In this document: positions 23,690 through 64,000 of the stretch, piece after piece | How positions within the stretch are numbered: the first letter of the stretch is position 1 | Layout: each line of letters begins with the position of its first letter | Origin: Lama guanicoe | Taxonomy: Eukaryota | Assembly: GCA_013239625.1 (NCBI GenBank) | Contig: MU053588.1 | Coordinates: 3,376,799 to 3,440,798, forward strand | Length of the DNA stretch: 64,000 nt | Direction: 5' to 3' | Translations under genes and position numbers: made by a program | The notes under the pieces: model-generated | Database searches by the model: none | The model's input: the letters and a program-made list of their open reading frames with translations, nothing else | What the model was told of the DNA's origin: nothing

Positions 23690-24560
23690 TGGGGTATCCA
23701 GACCCCCTCTTCATATTTAAACCCATTTTCTTCATAGACAACCACCCAAAACCATTCAGGGATTCCCAGAACCTCTCTTTGCATTTTCTTCTTTGCAAAA
23801 ATAGACTCCTCCCATCCTGTCCCATTCTAGGGATACCCACACCCCTCTTCATATTAACCTAAGCTCCTCTTCTTTACAAAAAGACCCACCCTTACCCTAA
23901 CCCATTCCAGGAACACCCAGATCCCCTTCAGATTATTAAACTAATCTTTCTTTCTTTGCAATAAGATGCCCTTCATCCCACCCTAACCCATTCTAGGGAT
24001 GCCCAGACACCCTTCCTCATAACAACCTAAACTCCTCTTATTCCAGAAAAGACCCAACCCCACCCTAACCCATTCCAGGGATGATCACATCCCCTCTTCA
24101 TATCAAAATTCCTCCTTTTTGCAAAAAGATCCTGCATATACGCTAACCCAATTCAGGGATATCCAGACTACCCTACACAATGGCTTAAATTCCTTTCAGA
24201 TATACCCCCCAGACTGCCCAAATCTATTTAATGCCCAAACTTTCTCTTCTTATGCAGACCCCCTCCCCGTCCCCCCAGATAGCCAGATTTTCCTTCCTCA
24301 CACCCAGGCCCCTCTCACCAGCCTATTACCCTGGGGATACCCAGATCTTCCCTCCCTCCTTAACACATAGATCTCCCTCACTACCCTAACCCCCTCCAGA
24401 AAAATACCCAATTCCCAATCTTCACCTTGACCCAATTCCCTGTACTTTTCAGAAAGACTATCTTCACTCAAGCTATTCTAGAGACATCTGTTTCACATAG
24501 CATTCCCCTTCTTTCCAGAGACCCCGCTCAACCCATTCCAAGGATACCCAATGCCCCCAC
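23690..24560. repeat. Degenerate ~80-bp tandem repeat in the ZNF574 intron
   Basis: Anchor (ccctaa)cccattc[ct]agggatacccaga recurs at 23821, 23901, 23987, 24069 and 24147, with weaker copies on both sides. Confidence 0.75.
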
Positions 24561-24859
24561 ACTCTGCTTTAACACCTCTTCACATTAACGTAACCCCATT
24601 CTTCACACCTGGACCTCCACTTCTCACTCAGCTCTAAATCTCCCTTCTAGGCACATCCATTTCCTGATTATCTTTTCACACCAAGACGTCTCACTGGCCT
24701 AACTCTTCAGGCATAACTAGATTTTCGCTTTAACTTAATCATCTCTGTTCTCACGGCCTAAACCCCTCCCTGGGCACCCAACTGCCCTCTAACCGTCCAC
24801 CATCCTTCGGTTCTGGACTGTCCCACCGCCAAGCTCTTTGCCGAGATACTCCCTGGAGC

Positions 24860-25790
24860 CTTGGAGACCCTCCCCAGGACAGCTCTAACGCCTCCCTTCG
24901 CAGCCAGGTTCCTGCCAGCCCGTAGCCCGAGCCCCGTCCCTCCTCACACAGCCCTTCCCACAACTCTAGCCCTCTGCCCACCCGCCGCCCCAGCCCAGCC
25001 CCTGCCCGGCCCCCCGCGCGCCCCGCGGGCCGTTGGCACCGCTCCGCCCTCACCTCCCGGCGCGCGCCCCCAGGCACCGCTCCTCCCCCACCTCCCGGCG
25101 CGCGCCCCCCTCCGGCCCTCACTACGCAGGCGAGGTGGCGACAGGAGGCCGCGGGGACAGTGAGGGGAGCCCGGCCGGCCCTTCGCGCGCCCGTCCGCAC
25201 TTACCCGCCTCCACTGTCTCACACGCCCCGGGCCCAGGCCCGGGCTGCCGCTCCCCTCGTGCGGCCACCCTAACGCTGCGCCCTCTCTAGCTCTCGCCGT
25301 CGCCTCTCGCCTGCTCCTCAGCCTCGCTCTCGCCCCGAATCGCCCTCAGCAACGCCCCTCCCACCTTCCTCCTCGACCGCCGCGCGGATGGCGAAATGAG
25401 CCCAATCATCGTCCGTCTGGCCCCTGACGTTTGGCCAATCGACGCTCACGTCTCAGAGCCCTGGGCCAATAGTATGGGGCGCTGAGATCCTCTGCGGTGC
25501 CCAACCAATCCTCTAACGACGTTCCCGCGCCGGCCGGTCCCCGGGTTGACGGTGCCCGCCCCATTACGCCCCCTGAAGGATGCTCCTCCTCCACCTCCTC
25601 ATCGATTTCGCTTGACGGCTCAAGAGGGGAGGGCAGCGCGATGACGTCAGACGGCGGAGCGATGCTTCGGGCGCCATCTTGGGGGCGCCGGGCGGGATGC
25701 GCGTCGGAGTCCGGGGCGAAAATGGGGGAAATTGAGGCTCGCGACACTCGGAGGTCAGGGGCGGGGGAACTGAGCCGCAGGAACCCCAGA
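24860..25790. promoter_or_regulatory. CpG island / ZNF574 promoter: 4 CCAAT boxes (25402, 25435, 25466, 25505), full CRE TGACGTCA (25642-25649), YY1-like CGCCATCTT (25672-25680)
   Basis: High GC and CpG density; motifs read directly from the sequence. Confidence 0.85.
25205..25380 (-). other. ZNF574: ZNF574 probable non-coding first exon (5' end approximate)
   Basis: Minus-strand donor GGCGG|GTAAGT at 25204, inside the CpG island and just downstream of CCAAT boxes. Confidence 0.65.
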
Positions 25791-28436
25791 GGAGCAAAAG
25801 GAGAGAGTGAATCAGCAGTCAGCGCAAAGGGGAGAGGGGAAAGTGTAGCACCAATTGCATGGAAAGAGAAAAAGGGTAAATCAAGGCTCAGACTTTATTC
25901 GTTAGGAAGAAAGGAATAAAGGCAGCAAGAAGGAAAGGAAGAAAAACCGAGGAGCTCTTGAGGGAGGGGGGAGAAGAAATGTCGGAGGAAGAGCAGGGGA
26001 GAGGGAGTCTGAGGGAATAAGGAAAACCTGAAGGATAAGAGAGAAAATGGGAAATTGAGGGAGAAAAAGTAAAAGCGGGACTGACAGTTTCATTTGAAGA
26101 AACAGGGAGTGTAAGGGAGTGGATGCCTTGAAAGACAAACAGGATGAGAACCTGAAGGAAGTGACCGTGTAACGGTTGGACTATATTCTTCCTTCCAGGG
26201 TGCCTTCCTTCCAGGCTGCTGCCCCCGCAGCTCAGGGAAGGTAGAGTCCCTATGTGTTCACCCTCATCTCCCCTTCTGGCCTTCAGGGCCTTGGGAGCAA
26301 GTTGTCCCAGCACTGTTAGGTTTCCAGAGCTACTTCCCAGGGACAGGAGAGCTGCAAGAGATTCACTTGTTTTAACTTTTCCCCCACCCCTTTTCTTAAA
26401 TGAATAAACTGAGTCTAGAGGAATTAGTCATTTACCTTCCACCTAGGTCTGATTCTTCAGCCATTGCCTTTGCTGTGTCCTTCAGTTGAATTCTAACAGG
26501 ATGTCCTAACTTTCGGCTAGATTAAACTCCTTTAACACCAGTCCCATGTAATCACATCGGGCTGCCTAGATTGGAATCCTGGCCCTTCCACTTCCTAGCT
26601 GTTGTCTTGGACAAGTCAACAACCCTGTGCCTTAGTTTCTTCATCTGAAGAATAACAGCCCCTGTATGGTTGTGAGGTACAGAGAAAAAGCTATGTAAGA
26701 GTTGTTTTTATTAGAATCTCTGGGAGCCGAGTAATAATAGCTAATGTGTCCTAAGTGTGTTATGACTTGCTAAGTGTTATACTCAGTGCTTTACATGTAT
26801 TATTCAGTTTAATCCTCCCAGTAACCCTATGAGGGAGGAACAATTGCTCTCACTTTGCAAAGAAATTGAGGGTCACAGAAATTAAGTTACTTGTCCATTG
26901 TTAGGAAGAGACAGCGCCAGGATTCCAACCCGTGACTTCAAGGTCTATACTTTTGTCTCCCAGGCTCTACTGCCTGGCAGATGGGATGTCCAGAGTGGAT
27001 GAATGCAAGAAGTGGAGGAAAGAAGTTGGTGGTAATCAGTGAGCTCTAAAGCTGATAATCTGAGTTTGCCCTCAGGGTGAGGCCACCTGGGGCAGGAGCC
27101 AGAGAACCTGGAGGCTAGACTCTGAGGGTTCCTTTCCCCACTTGAAAATGGAAGTGTCCACGTTGACTTGTCAGGTCTCTTTCTGCTGTGACCTTCTTCT
27201 TGGACTTCCCAGTTTTTCTGGATGGACTAGGTCCCTTCACTTGAGATGATACAGGACTAAGCTGAGGCCTGCGTCTATTTTTCTGGAGATGGTGACACAG
27301 GGCTAGGACTTCCGGGACAGATTTAATTTTGAGAGGCTAGGCGTTCTATGCTGGGGTCCCTGCATAAGCAAAGGCCTAGAGGCCAGGTCTAGCTGGAGCT
27401 GAGAATGGGCATTGGGGGCCCCAGGTAGGTGAGGAGGTGCAGGCAAAGTTGGTCATCCTTCAGGTCAGATGTGTTTTGGGGATCCCCCACATGCCAGCTG
27501 CAGAGGGCCTCCCATACCAGGCTGGTGTGAGGGTTGCCACATGCCGTGTGTGTGTGTGCACGCGCAAGGCTTGTGGTCACGTGTGCTGGGGGCTGCACGT
27601 GAGTGTCAGTGTCTCCCCATCACGAACGTTGGGGGTGGTGGTGAGTCACAGACTCAGCCTTCAGCGCCAACTGTCATGTTCTTTCCCCCCAAATTTCACC
27701 CCCCCCACTTCCCTGCACCACCCACCCCCACTCCAAGATCTGTGTCTCTGCTTATTTTTTCCATGCCCCTCCTGCCCTGCTCAGCTCCAAGAAGGAGGGA
27801 GTCTCCCTCTTCTGGCTCTGCCCTCCAGCTCCCTGCCCTTTCCCACTGTCTCTATGCTTGGGTGACTCTTCTCCCCACCCACTATCTCCGTGGGTCCCCA
27901 GGATTTCTCTCTGCATTATGGAGAATTCCAATACTCACCACCCATCCCTTCACCTCCACAGGAGCTATTTCTGTTTCGGGGGGGGGGGTTCTCCCTTTTC
28001 TCCATGGGCCAGCTGCTCCTGCCTCAGTAGGCCTTTTGTGTCCACATTCTGCCTTTGTGGTTTTCCTGGTGTTTATGCGTCTCCCTCCATTTCTGTGACC
28101 TTCTCTCACTTTCCTTCGCCCTCCTTCCTGTCTCTGTGATGTGCATCCTTGGTCCAGTTTCTGTGGGCCTCTCCTCCTGTCCGTGGTCTTCTCTCACCAC
28201 GGACCACTCCCCATTTCTCTTTCCCTGGGCCTCTCTCCATCTTCCTGGGGAGCTGAGTTCACAAGCTGCCCCCTCTTCCTATCTTCATTGTGTGTGTGTG
28301 TGGGGGGGTGCTGTCTAGGTTCACAAGCTGTTCTTGTCTCCTAGGTCCTCAGCTTGTCTCTGTGGTCTACTCCCTTGTTTTGATAGCTCTTTTTTTTTTT
28401 TTTTTTTTTTTGGTGTTTCCCTTTCCTTTTTTTTGT

Positions 28437-28684
28437 NNNNNNNNNNNNNNNNNNNNNNNNNNNNNNNNNNNNNNNNNNNNNNNNNNNNNNNNNNNNNNNN
28501 NNNNNNNNNNNNNNNNNNNNNNNNNNNNNNNNNNNNNNNNNNNNNNNNNNNNNNNNNNNNNNNNNNNNNNNNNNNNNNNNNNNNNNNNNNNNNNNNNNNN
28601 NNNNNNNNNNNNNNNNNNNNNNNNNNNNNNNNNNNNNNNNNNNNNNNNNNNNNNNNNNNNNNNNNNNNNNNNNNNNNNNNNNNN
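28437..28684. other. Assembly gap (248 N) flanked by poly-T
   Basis: Run of N. Confidence 1.
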
Positions 28685-29149
28685 TTTTTTTTTTTTTTTT
28701 TTTGTCTGTGCTTTTCCCTGTCCTTGTCCTTGTGGAGTTTGTGGACCTTAGTCCACCTCTGTGGCTCTTGATGGCTGTCTTGCTGCTTCTCTACATTTTT
28801 CTTCATCTCTAGGGCCCTTTCCCCCCACCTCCATGGCCTTCTCCCCAAGTCTCCCTGCCTGTTGTCTCCGTGGGCTCCTGTGCCCAAGGGCTGCCTGGGC
28901 AGGGAGGTGGCATGGTGTGGTGGAGGGGGCGGCCCAGGGGTGGGCCCTCCATCCTATGCAGCGCCTTCCCCTCATCGGCATTCTCCTCGCGGGGGGCCCC
29001 CTAGCCTGGACCAATACGGGCTCCCCCTCCCCTGACTCCCCTCCCTTCGATCTCGCTCTCCCTGCCTCCCTCCCTTCCTCCTGCCTGCCCTCCTCCCTGT
29101 CTCCCTCCCTCCCTCCCTCATCTCTCTCCCCCCGCCCCCCTGCGCTCCA

Positions 29150-30126
29150 GGACCCAGCGCGGGCGGCAGGCGGGCGGACAGGCAGGCGGCGGCCTCGGAG
29201 GGGAGAAGTGGCGGTGGCGGCGGTAGCAGTGGCGGCCAGCAGCAGGGAGGCAGGCCCAGCTGGGAACCCGGAGCCGGTGGCTGCTCCTCACAGGGGACCA
29301 GGAGTCCGTGGCCAGGCCCTCCCGCTGAGGCCCTGCACTGGGCGCCTCCGGGACACCCCACCCTCCTTCGCCTTCCTCTTCCACCTGCTCCTCTTCATCC
29401 TTCCCTCTCTCCTTCTGTCCCTCCTCCCCATCTCTCCACCTCTCCTGCCCCTTCGTTGGCTCTCCGGGTCTCCCAGCACCCCATCGTCCCCAGCCCCTCC
29501 ACTCCTCAGCCTCTCCCCGCCCCCAGCATGCTTTCCCGTGGCGGCTGAGGGCTTGAGGACTCCAGGCCCTAGCCTCCTCCGGGGCAGGGCCAGGGCTCCA
29601 GGGGGGAGGGGGGAAGGGGTGACCTCCTCCCCCCCACCAAGCCCTCCCCTCCCCCACTTCTCCTGATGGCCGGCTTCCTTGTCTCCACCCAGTCCTCGCC
29701 CCCAGAGGCCCCCCCAGGCCGGCCCGGCTAGGGGAGGGGGTGGGGGCCCTTGCCTGGGCCGGCTTCCCCCTCCCCCGGCTCTGCCTGTGCCCCCTCCCTT
29801 GCGTTTTCACCTTCCTCCCTCCTTTCCTCCCTCCTTCTCCTCCATTTGCTCCTTCCCCCTCTCTTCTCTCCCCTTCCCTCCTCCATTTTCTCCTTTCCCC
29901 TTTTTCCCCTCCCCGGCCCGCCCTCTCCTCTTCCACCTGTCCTTCCTCACTGTTCCCCGGGAGCCCCTGTTTTGGATTAGTTGGGGGCCATTACCGGAGG
30001 CGGGGGAGGGGGCCCTGTGGACTGCCCTCTCCCCCCGCCCCAGCCACACCACCCAGTGCCAGAGCATCTCTTCGTTGTCGTTCCTCGGGCCTCGAGGGAG
30101 CCCAGCCCTCCGTCCCACCAGGATCC
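29150..30126 (+). other. GRIK5: GRIK5 probable non-coding exon 1 and GC-rich promoter (start approximate)
   Basis: GC/CpG-rich block ending at donor GGATCC|gtgagt (30127); the resulting intron 30127-33566 is 3.44 kb, matching the ~3.4 kb first intron I recall for rodent Grik5. Confidence 0.65.
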
Positions 30127-33124
30127 GTGAGTGTCTGCAGGGCTGGGGTTGGGCTGGGGCCGGGACTGGGTCCTGGAAGGCTAGGCTCACTGCTGCCTGC
30201 AGGGCCCCACATTCCCCTGCTCCCCGGACCAGACCGGCAAATACCCTCCCCCACCAGGGGCCTGCCCTGCACCCTCCATCTCCCAGCCTCAGTTCACCTC
30301 GGCCTTTTTCACCCCTTCTGGGTACACAGCTCAGCCTTGCTCTTCAGCCTTGCTCCTGGGTCCTGAGGGTCTGACTGGCTCTTACTTGCCGTCTCACTCC
30401 TTCTCCAGGACTCCTGACAGGTCTCCGCCCCTGCTTGCTCCAGCCTCAGTCCCGAGGTGACCGGCTCTGATCTCTCACTCTGTTTCAGTCTCTTCTTTTC
30501 TCGGAGCCTCATCCTCTTTGCCTGCCATGGGCCCATCCCCATCCCATCTGGTCTTGATCTCCTGGAAATGTCTTTCCATTTTTGAATCTCCATTTCACGT
30601 GTCTCTTGGGCTTCTCTCTGATTCTGTCCAACTTCTTTCTCTTTGCTGTTAACCCAACCCTTTCTTGGTGTGTCTCCGTTGATCTCTCTCCCTCTCCTTC
30701 TCCTCTCTCTCTCTCTCAAAACTCCTCTCTCTTTGGGAGGATCCCATGCCAGGTCTAGCCCTCTGTCCACTGCCCTCTGTCCACTGCTTTGCCTGTGCCT
30801 CTGCTCACCTATCTGCCTCCCTCTTGAACTCTGGGATTGGACGCCGTCTTCATTCTCTTACTTTTCTGCTTTTCTCCTCTAGATCCACTCTGAGTTCTAT
30901 CTCCTCCATCCCTCACTCATTAGCCACTGTCCCCCTCCATGGTCCACTTTGTCTTTTCCTTGGTGTCCTGCCCCTCCCCTTCTCTCTTCCCACCTCTGTG
31001 TTCCCCTACTTGGCCGTTTGGTTCCCATTCCTTCCCTCACTTTGGGGCTTGCAGGCTCTAGAATTAACCCCTCTTCCAAGGCATTCTGTGTGGATGTACC
31101 TCTTGTGAACTTGCCCCCTGATGCAGGTGCTTGTCCTATCCCTGCCCGTGCCCTCTGGGTCACTCACCCTTCCTACTGCCTCAGTTTCCCTCCCTCACTC
31201 TTGCTTCTCCTCTCCCCTTGCCTGTGAGTCCCTCTCTCTCCATCTCGTGTCTGTCCCACTTGCCCCTTCTTCTGTAGTCTGCTGTGTGGCTCTCTCATAC
31301 TTTTTCTCTGCCTCTTTCTGACTAGCCCTTTTCAGAGTTTTGCTATTTCTCTCCTCCCCACAGTTCTTGTGCCTGTTAACTTTTTTGCCCTTTCGCTCAC
31401 CCCATTTGCCCTCTGGCCTTTGCCTTCTCTCTCCCTTGCCTACTTGTCTCTCTTCTTCCCCTGGCAGTGCCCCTTGTGCTTGCTTGGTTGCTGTGTTTCC
31501 ACCTATACCTGGCTTTGCCTAAGTCTCTGGGCCTGTAGGGCTCAGGCCTGATTCTCTTCCCCTCCTGTCTCATGCTCCCCATCTTGTCTCTGTCCCCTTT
31601 GTGTCTCCCTTCTAGGTGATGTTTGTGTGTCCCTTTCTCTTATAGCCTCAGTCACTTCCTCTTGGTCTATCTGTCTTTCTTTCTGGGCCTTCCTGTGCCT
31701 CTGTGTCCATCTGCTGCCCCCAGCCCTGTCCCTGTACTCTCTCTAACGGCTCCCACCTGTGTCTGCCACCTGTGGGGTGCTGCCCTGCCGGCCCCTGTCT
31801 CTTCCTCAATCTTTCTGTCCTCTAGTCTCTGCTCCCTGATTTGCCCCTAGAATCCCCTGGTGTCTCAGGATGACTCCGTCACCCCTGCCTCTTTCCTAGC
31901 CCTGCCCTCCTCATCCCTCTGGGATGTCTCCTTTTGGGCTCTCTGTTTCCCTTGCTCCTCCACCCTTGAAAAGCCTTCACCTCAGATCCAAATTACAGTC
32001 CACAGCCTACAGGCTGTCCAGCATGCCCTCCCACCCCCAGCCTGTCTTTCCCAGAGATCCCAAGAGAAAGGGACTTGCTCAAGGTCATGTGGGAGTCAGA
32101 GGTAGAGCAGGGACTGATGGGGTCTCCTGCTGTCCAGGCCTAGGTTTTCCAGGCCACAAGGGACATTCTGAAGTGTTGTATTATACCTCTGCCTCCACTA
32201 GCAGGTTTCATTCTGCCATCTCACCAGCTTAAGCCCTCCTTCTGTGGGGATGAGTCGGGTGTGGGAAGACCCCCAAGCTCACCTCATAGCACTCCAGGCC
32301 TTTCAGTAACCCTCTCCCATGGAAACCCAAGTGTCCCTTCCTTTGGGCATGGCTCTTGGCCTGGGGGAGCTGTGCATCTGACCAATCTCATCCCTGCCCA
32401 GTGGTGACCCTGCAGAAATCTGGGAGGTAGGGAGCAGCTGTGGAGAGCAGAGACTCACTGTCTCCCCCAACCTTTAGCTCCCTACAGCAGGGTCGGGGGC
32501 TGCAGTTTGCAATTTTGCACCTGCTTCAGCAGACAGTGCACTCCGGGCTTTGCTCACTCTTCCCTTCCCGCTCTCTCTGGTGGCATCTCAAGTGGGTTTG
32601 TGTCTTCTCTTCATCCTTTTTTCCTGTTCTGTTCTGTGTCCTTCCTGTGGCTTGATTTCCTTGTCTTCTGCCTGCCTGCTCTTCCTCTCCCTGTCCTGCC
32701 CTTTCTCTCTCCATTGCCTATCTTTTTATCTCTTCCCTTTTTCTCCTACTTCTATCCTTATCTCCCTATCACTCTCCTTCTCTGTTTTCTTATCATTTTT
32801 CTAACCCCTTATTTTTTGGCCAATTTTCCCTTTCTCCTTTTCTGAGTCTCTTGATATCCCTTCCACCCCCAGGCTCTCTTCCTCGTTCTGTCTCTCTCTT
32901 TTCCCTCTTCTCTCTCTTTACTCTTCTTTGTTTTTTAGCCTCTTAGGCACCTTGGGTCTCTGTCCATCTGTCTCCACCTGTGTGTCTCCATGTGTCTTTC
33001 TCTTCCCAAGTTTCCTAACTCCCGGATACTCTCCCCTCCAGACCCCGGATGTCCAGGCTTCTTTCCCTGTGGGATTGTGGGAACCAGGGACGTCAGGAAG
33101 GTGGCAAGTGAGGCCTGGGATGGG

Positions 33125-33176
33125 GTTGCCTAGCAACCACTGCATCCTCTCCAGCCGGTTTCTGTTGCCTAGTAAC
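33125..33176. promoter_or_regulatory. Two RFX X-box motifs
   Basis: GTTGCCTAGCAAC (33125-33137) and GTTGCCTAGTAAC (33164-33176). Confidence 0.6.
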
Positions 33177-33616
33177 AGCTGCTTGCCCAGAGACAGGGGC
33201 GGGACTGGATGGGGGATGGCACTTCCTGGTTTCCTATTAGGGTGGGGATGGTCCAGGGAATTCACTCTTACCTGAAATCCTTATCATGCCTCCCTCCTGT
33301 TTTGGTAGCTGTGAAAATCCTCTAGCAGTGCTTCTCCCACTCAGCGCCTGAGTGCTGTGAGCTTCTCCCTGCTAGGGCTTCTCTGAGTCTGGGCTTCCCC
33401 CCAAGCAATGCCCTCAGTATTGTCAGCTTCTAATGAGGGCAGGGCTCTTCAGAGTTCACCAACAATGTTCCAGGCTCTGTGGTCACTACCCCATCCAGCA
33501 GTGCACAAAAGGGCCTTAGAGGCCCCCATATCAGCAGTCTCCCCATGGATTGGGGTCTCCCTGCAGGTGGCGAGTGGGGGCCGCGGCAGCTGCGTCCCCA
33601 TGAGGAGGGGAGGAAG

Positions 33617-62508
<28,892 letters not shown>

Positions 62509-64000
62509 GTGAGAGGCTGTCTGTCTGCCCCACCTGGGGCTGGGGGCTGGGGGCTGGGGGACCCATTCCTGTTACACACGCCAGCTGTGTGACAGGGATG
62601 CGGTGGGAAGCAGTGAGCCCCAGCTCTGCCACTCACTAGCTGTGTGACTTTGGGTTGGCTGTATGCCCTCTTCATGCCTCAGTCTCTTTGTCTGAGAAAT
62701 GGGGATTAAAATGTCCATGTCTCAGGTTGTAAGGGTTCAGTGAGGCTATGATGGAAAAGTGCTCCTGCTGACCTGAGGGAGTATAATCAGGACAGCATCA
62801 ATGTTATCACTGTCTTAGACATTGCCCGGGCAGTCACAGGGACTTAGGATCCTGGAGCCAGGACAGCCTTCACTGTCCAGAGACCGAGGCTGAGAGGCAC
62901 TTGCTCCCTCAAAGTCCCACAGGGACCTAGTACCTTGGACAGAACTTATCATGCCCCCAAGACAAGCTTCAAGAAGCTACATGTCAGAGAGCAGATGCCG
63001 ATAACTGATGGTGTCTGGCCCATAGTTTAAATTTTTTTGAATTAGTTGGCATTTTAAAATTGGGCAAATTCACTCACACATTTAGATTTCTCACTCTTCT
63101 TGAAGACTCGGGAGACCTGGTAGTGCTCGGCTGGCATTCCCTCCTGGCATTGATGTCCGTTCCGTGGGCCTCGGCCACCTCTGCCCCGTCAGTCACTTTC
63201 GGGCCCAGCATCCACAAGCACTTGCATTTGCTGCCTTGTCATTCCAGGAGCAGCTGAGCTTGGTGGCAGCTCATGTAACCTTTCTCACCTCCTTTTCCTC
63301 ATTAGAACCACAGAAAGCTGAGGTGAATGTTTAGGACGAGGAATATTCTCCAGGTTTTATGAATTAGAAGACTGAGACCTGGAGAGAGGGAGTAATTTGC
63401 TAAAGAGCATGCATTCAGCTAGAGGCCGGGCCAGGCAGAGCCAGCCTTTCTCCCCAGTGCCACTCCCCCGGCAGGCCCTCAGCACTGCCTGTGCCCGGCC
63501 CTGCTCCCCCGGCCTTGGGTGGCCTCTCCAGGGCAGCCGAAGCATCGGGCCTTTTCAGGGAGTGCTTCCTCCTTGGCCTCCTCCCCGTCAGTCAGAATTC
63601 ACACATCAGTAGTCATTCAGCGACAGATGCTTCTCAGGCCTCTCCGTGTGCCAGGCACTCAGGTGAAAAATCAGCCCTCAAGAGGCAGAGTCGCTGAGAA
63701 TAAATGAACAAACAGATAAATAAACACAGGGACATCATATTTCATGTCAAGAATATGTCCCAAACATACTGTCTAATTCAAAACTTGTTTACTTGAGATT
63801 AACCATAATGGTGGCAGGTTTTTCTCTCCCCCAACCCAGTGAGACTAACTACTATCTGGCAGTCATTTGCAATTTGCTTAGTCCATTGGCTTTGAAACTT
63901 TTGAATCTTGATGATTTTTTGTTTAACACTTTGGAATTGGCATCATTTTGAGAGTTATACCCTGCATTCGTTCCCTATGGCTGCTGCGGTAAATCACCAC

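Noticed and set aside
23690..24560. CRISPR-like or interstitial telomeric array
   Set aside because: Whole units are similar rather than repeat-plus-unique-spacer, CCCTAA occurs only singly, and the context is mammalian.
28189..28210. REST/NRSE-like CACCACGGAC upstream of GRIK5
   Set aside because: Only the centre matches; TTCAG and the AG after GGAC are missing.
28290..28887. ORFs spanning the N gap
   Set aside because: Artefacts of translating through N.
28761..30374. Long Pro/Ser/Leu- or Gly/Arg-rich ORFs on both strands at the GRIK5 promoter
   Set aside because: Expected from stop-poor GC/CT-rich sequence; mostly non-ATG starts.
32081..32087. AAGGTCA nuclear-receptor half-site in GRIK5 intron 1 as the intronic silencer
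   Set aside because: It lies in a MIR-like core where this heptamer is common, so it cannot be equated with the rodent element.

Overview
Mammalian genomic DNA, probably a camelid (three tRNA-derived SINEs resemble the camelid vic-1 family), with the gene order of human 19q13.2 read in reverse. It holds the 3' half of POU2F2/Oct-2 (+; 10 coding exons at 5054-11647 and a ~5 kb 3'UTR), the complete ZNF574 gene (-; one 896-aa coding exon at 20047-22737, CpG-island promoter near 25.2-25.7 kb) and the 5' two-thirds of GRIK5/GluK5 (+; non-coding exon 1, then 14 coding exons at 33617-62508, ending just after the M2 pore loop). Every junction between coding exons is GT-AG and keeps the reading frame. 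Introns contain L1, L2, MIR, MLT1, ERVL and hAT remnants, and there is a 248-nt assembly gap. I found no evidence of a wholly new biological system. The best leads are: an antisense exon in GRIK5 intron 1 that would splice in frame onto ZNF574; HCF-1-type [D/E]HxY motifs in ZNF574; three stop-free in-frame short introns; the dual-frame last exon of POU2F2; GRIK5 uORFs; tandem RFX boxes; MSR1-like units forming a splice acceptor; and an ~80-bp degenerate tandem array in the ZNF574 intron. Family names and comparisons to human proteins come from recall, not database searches.
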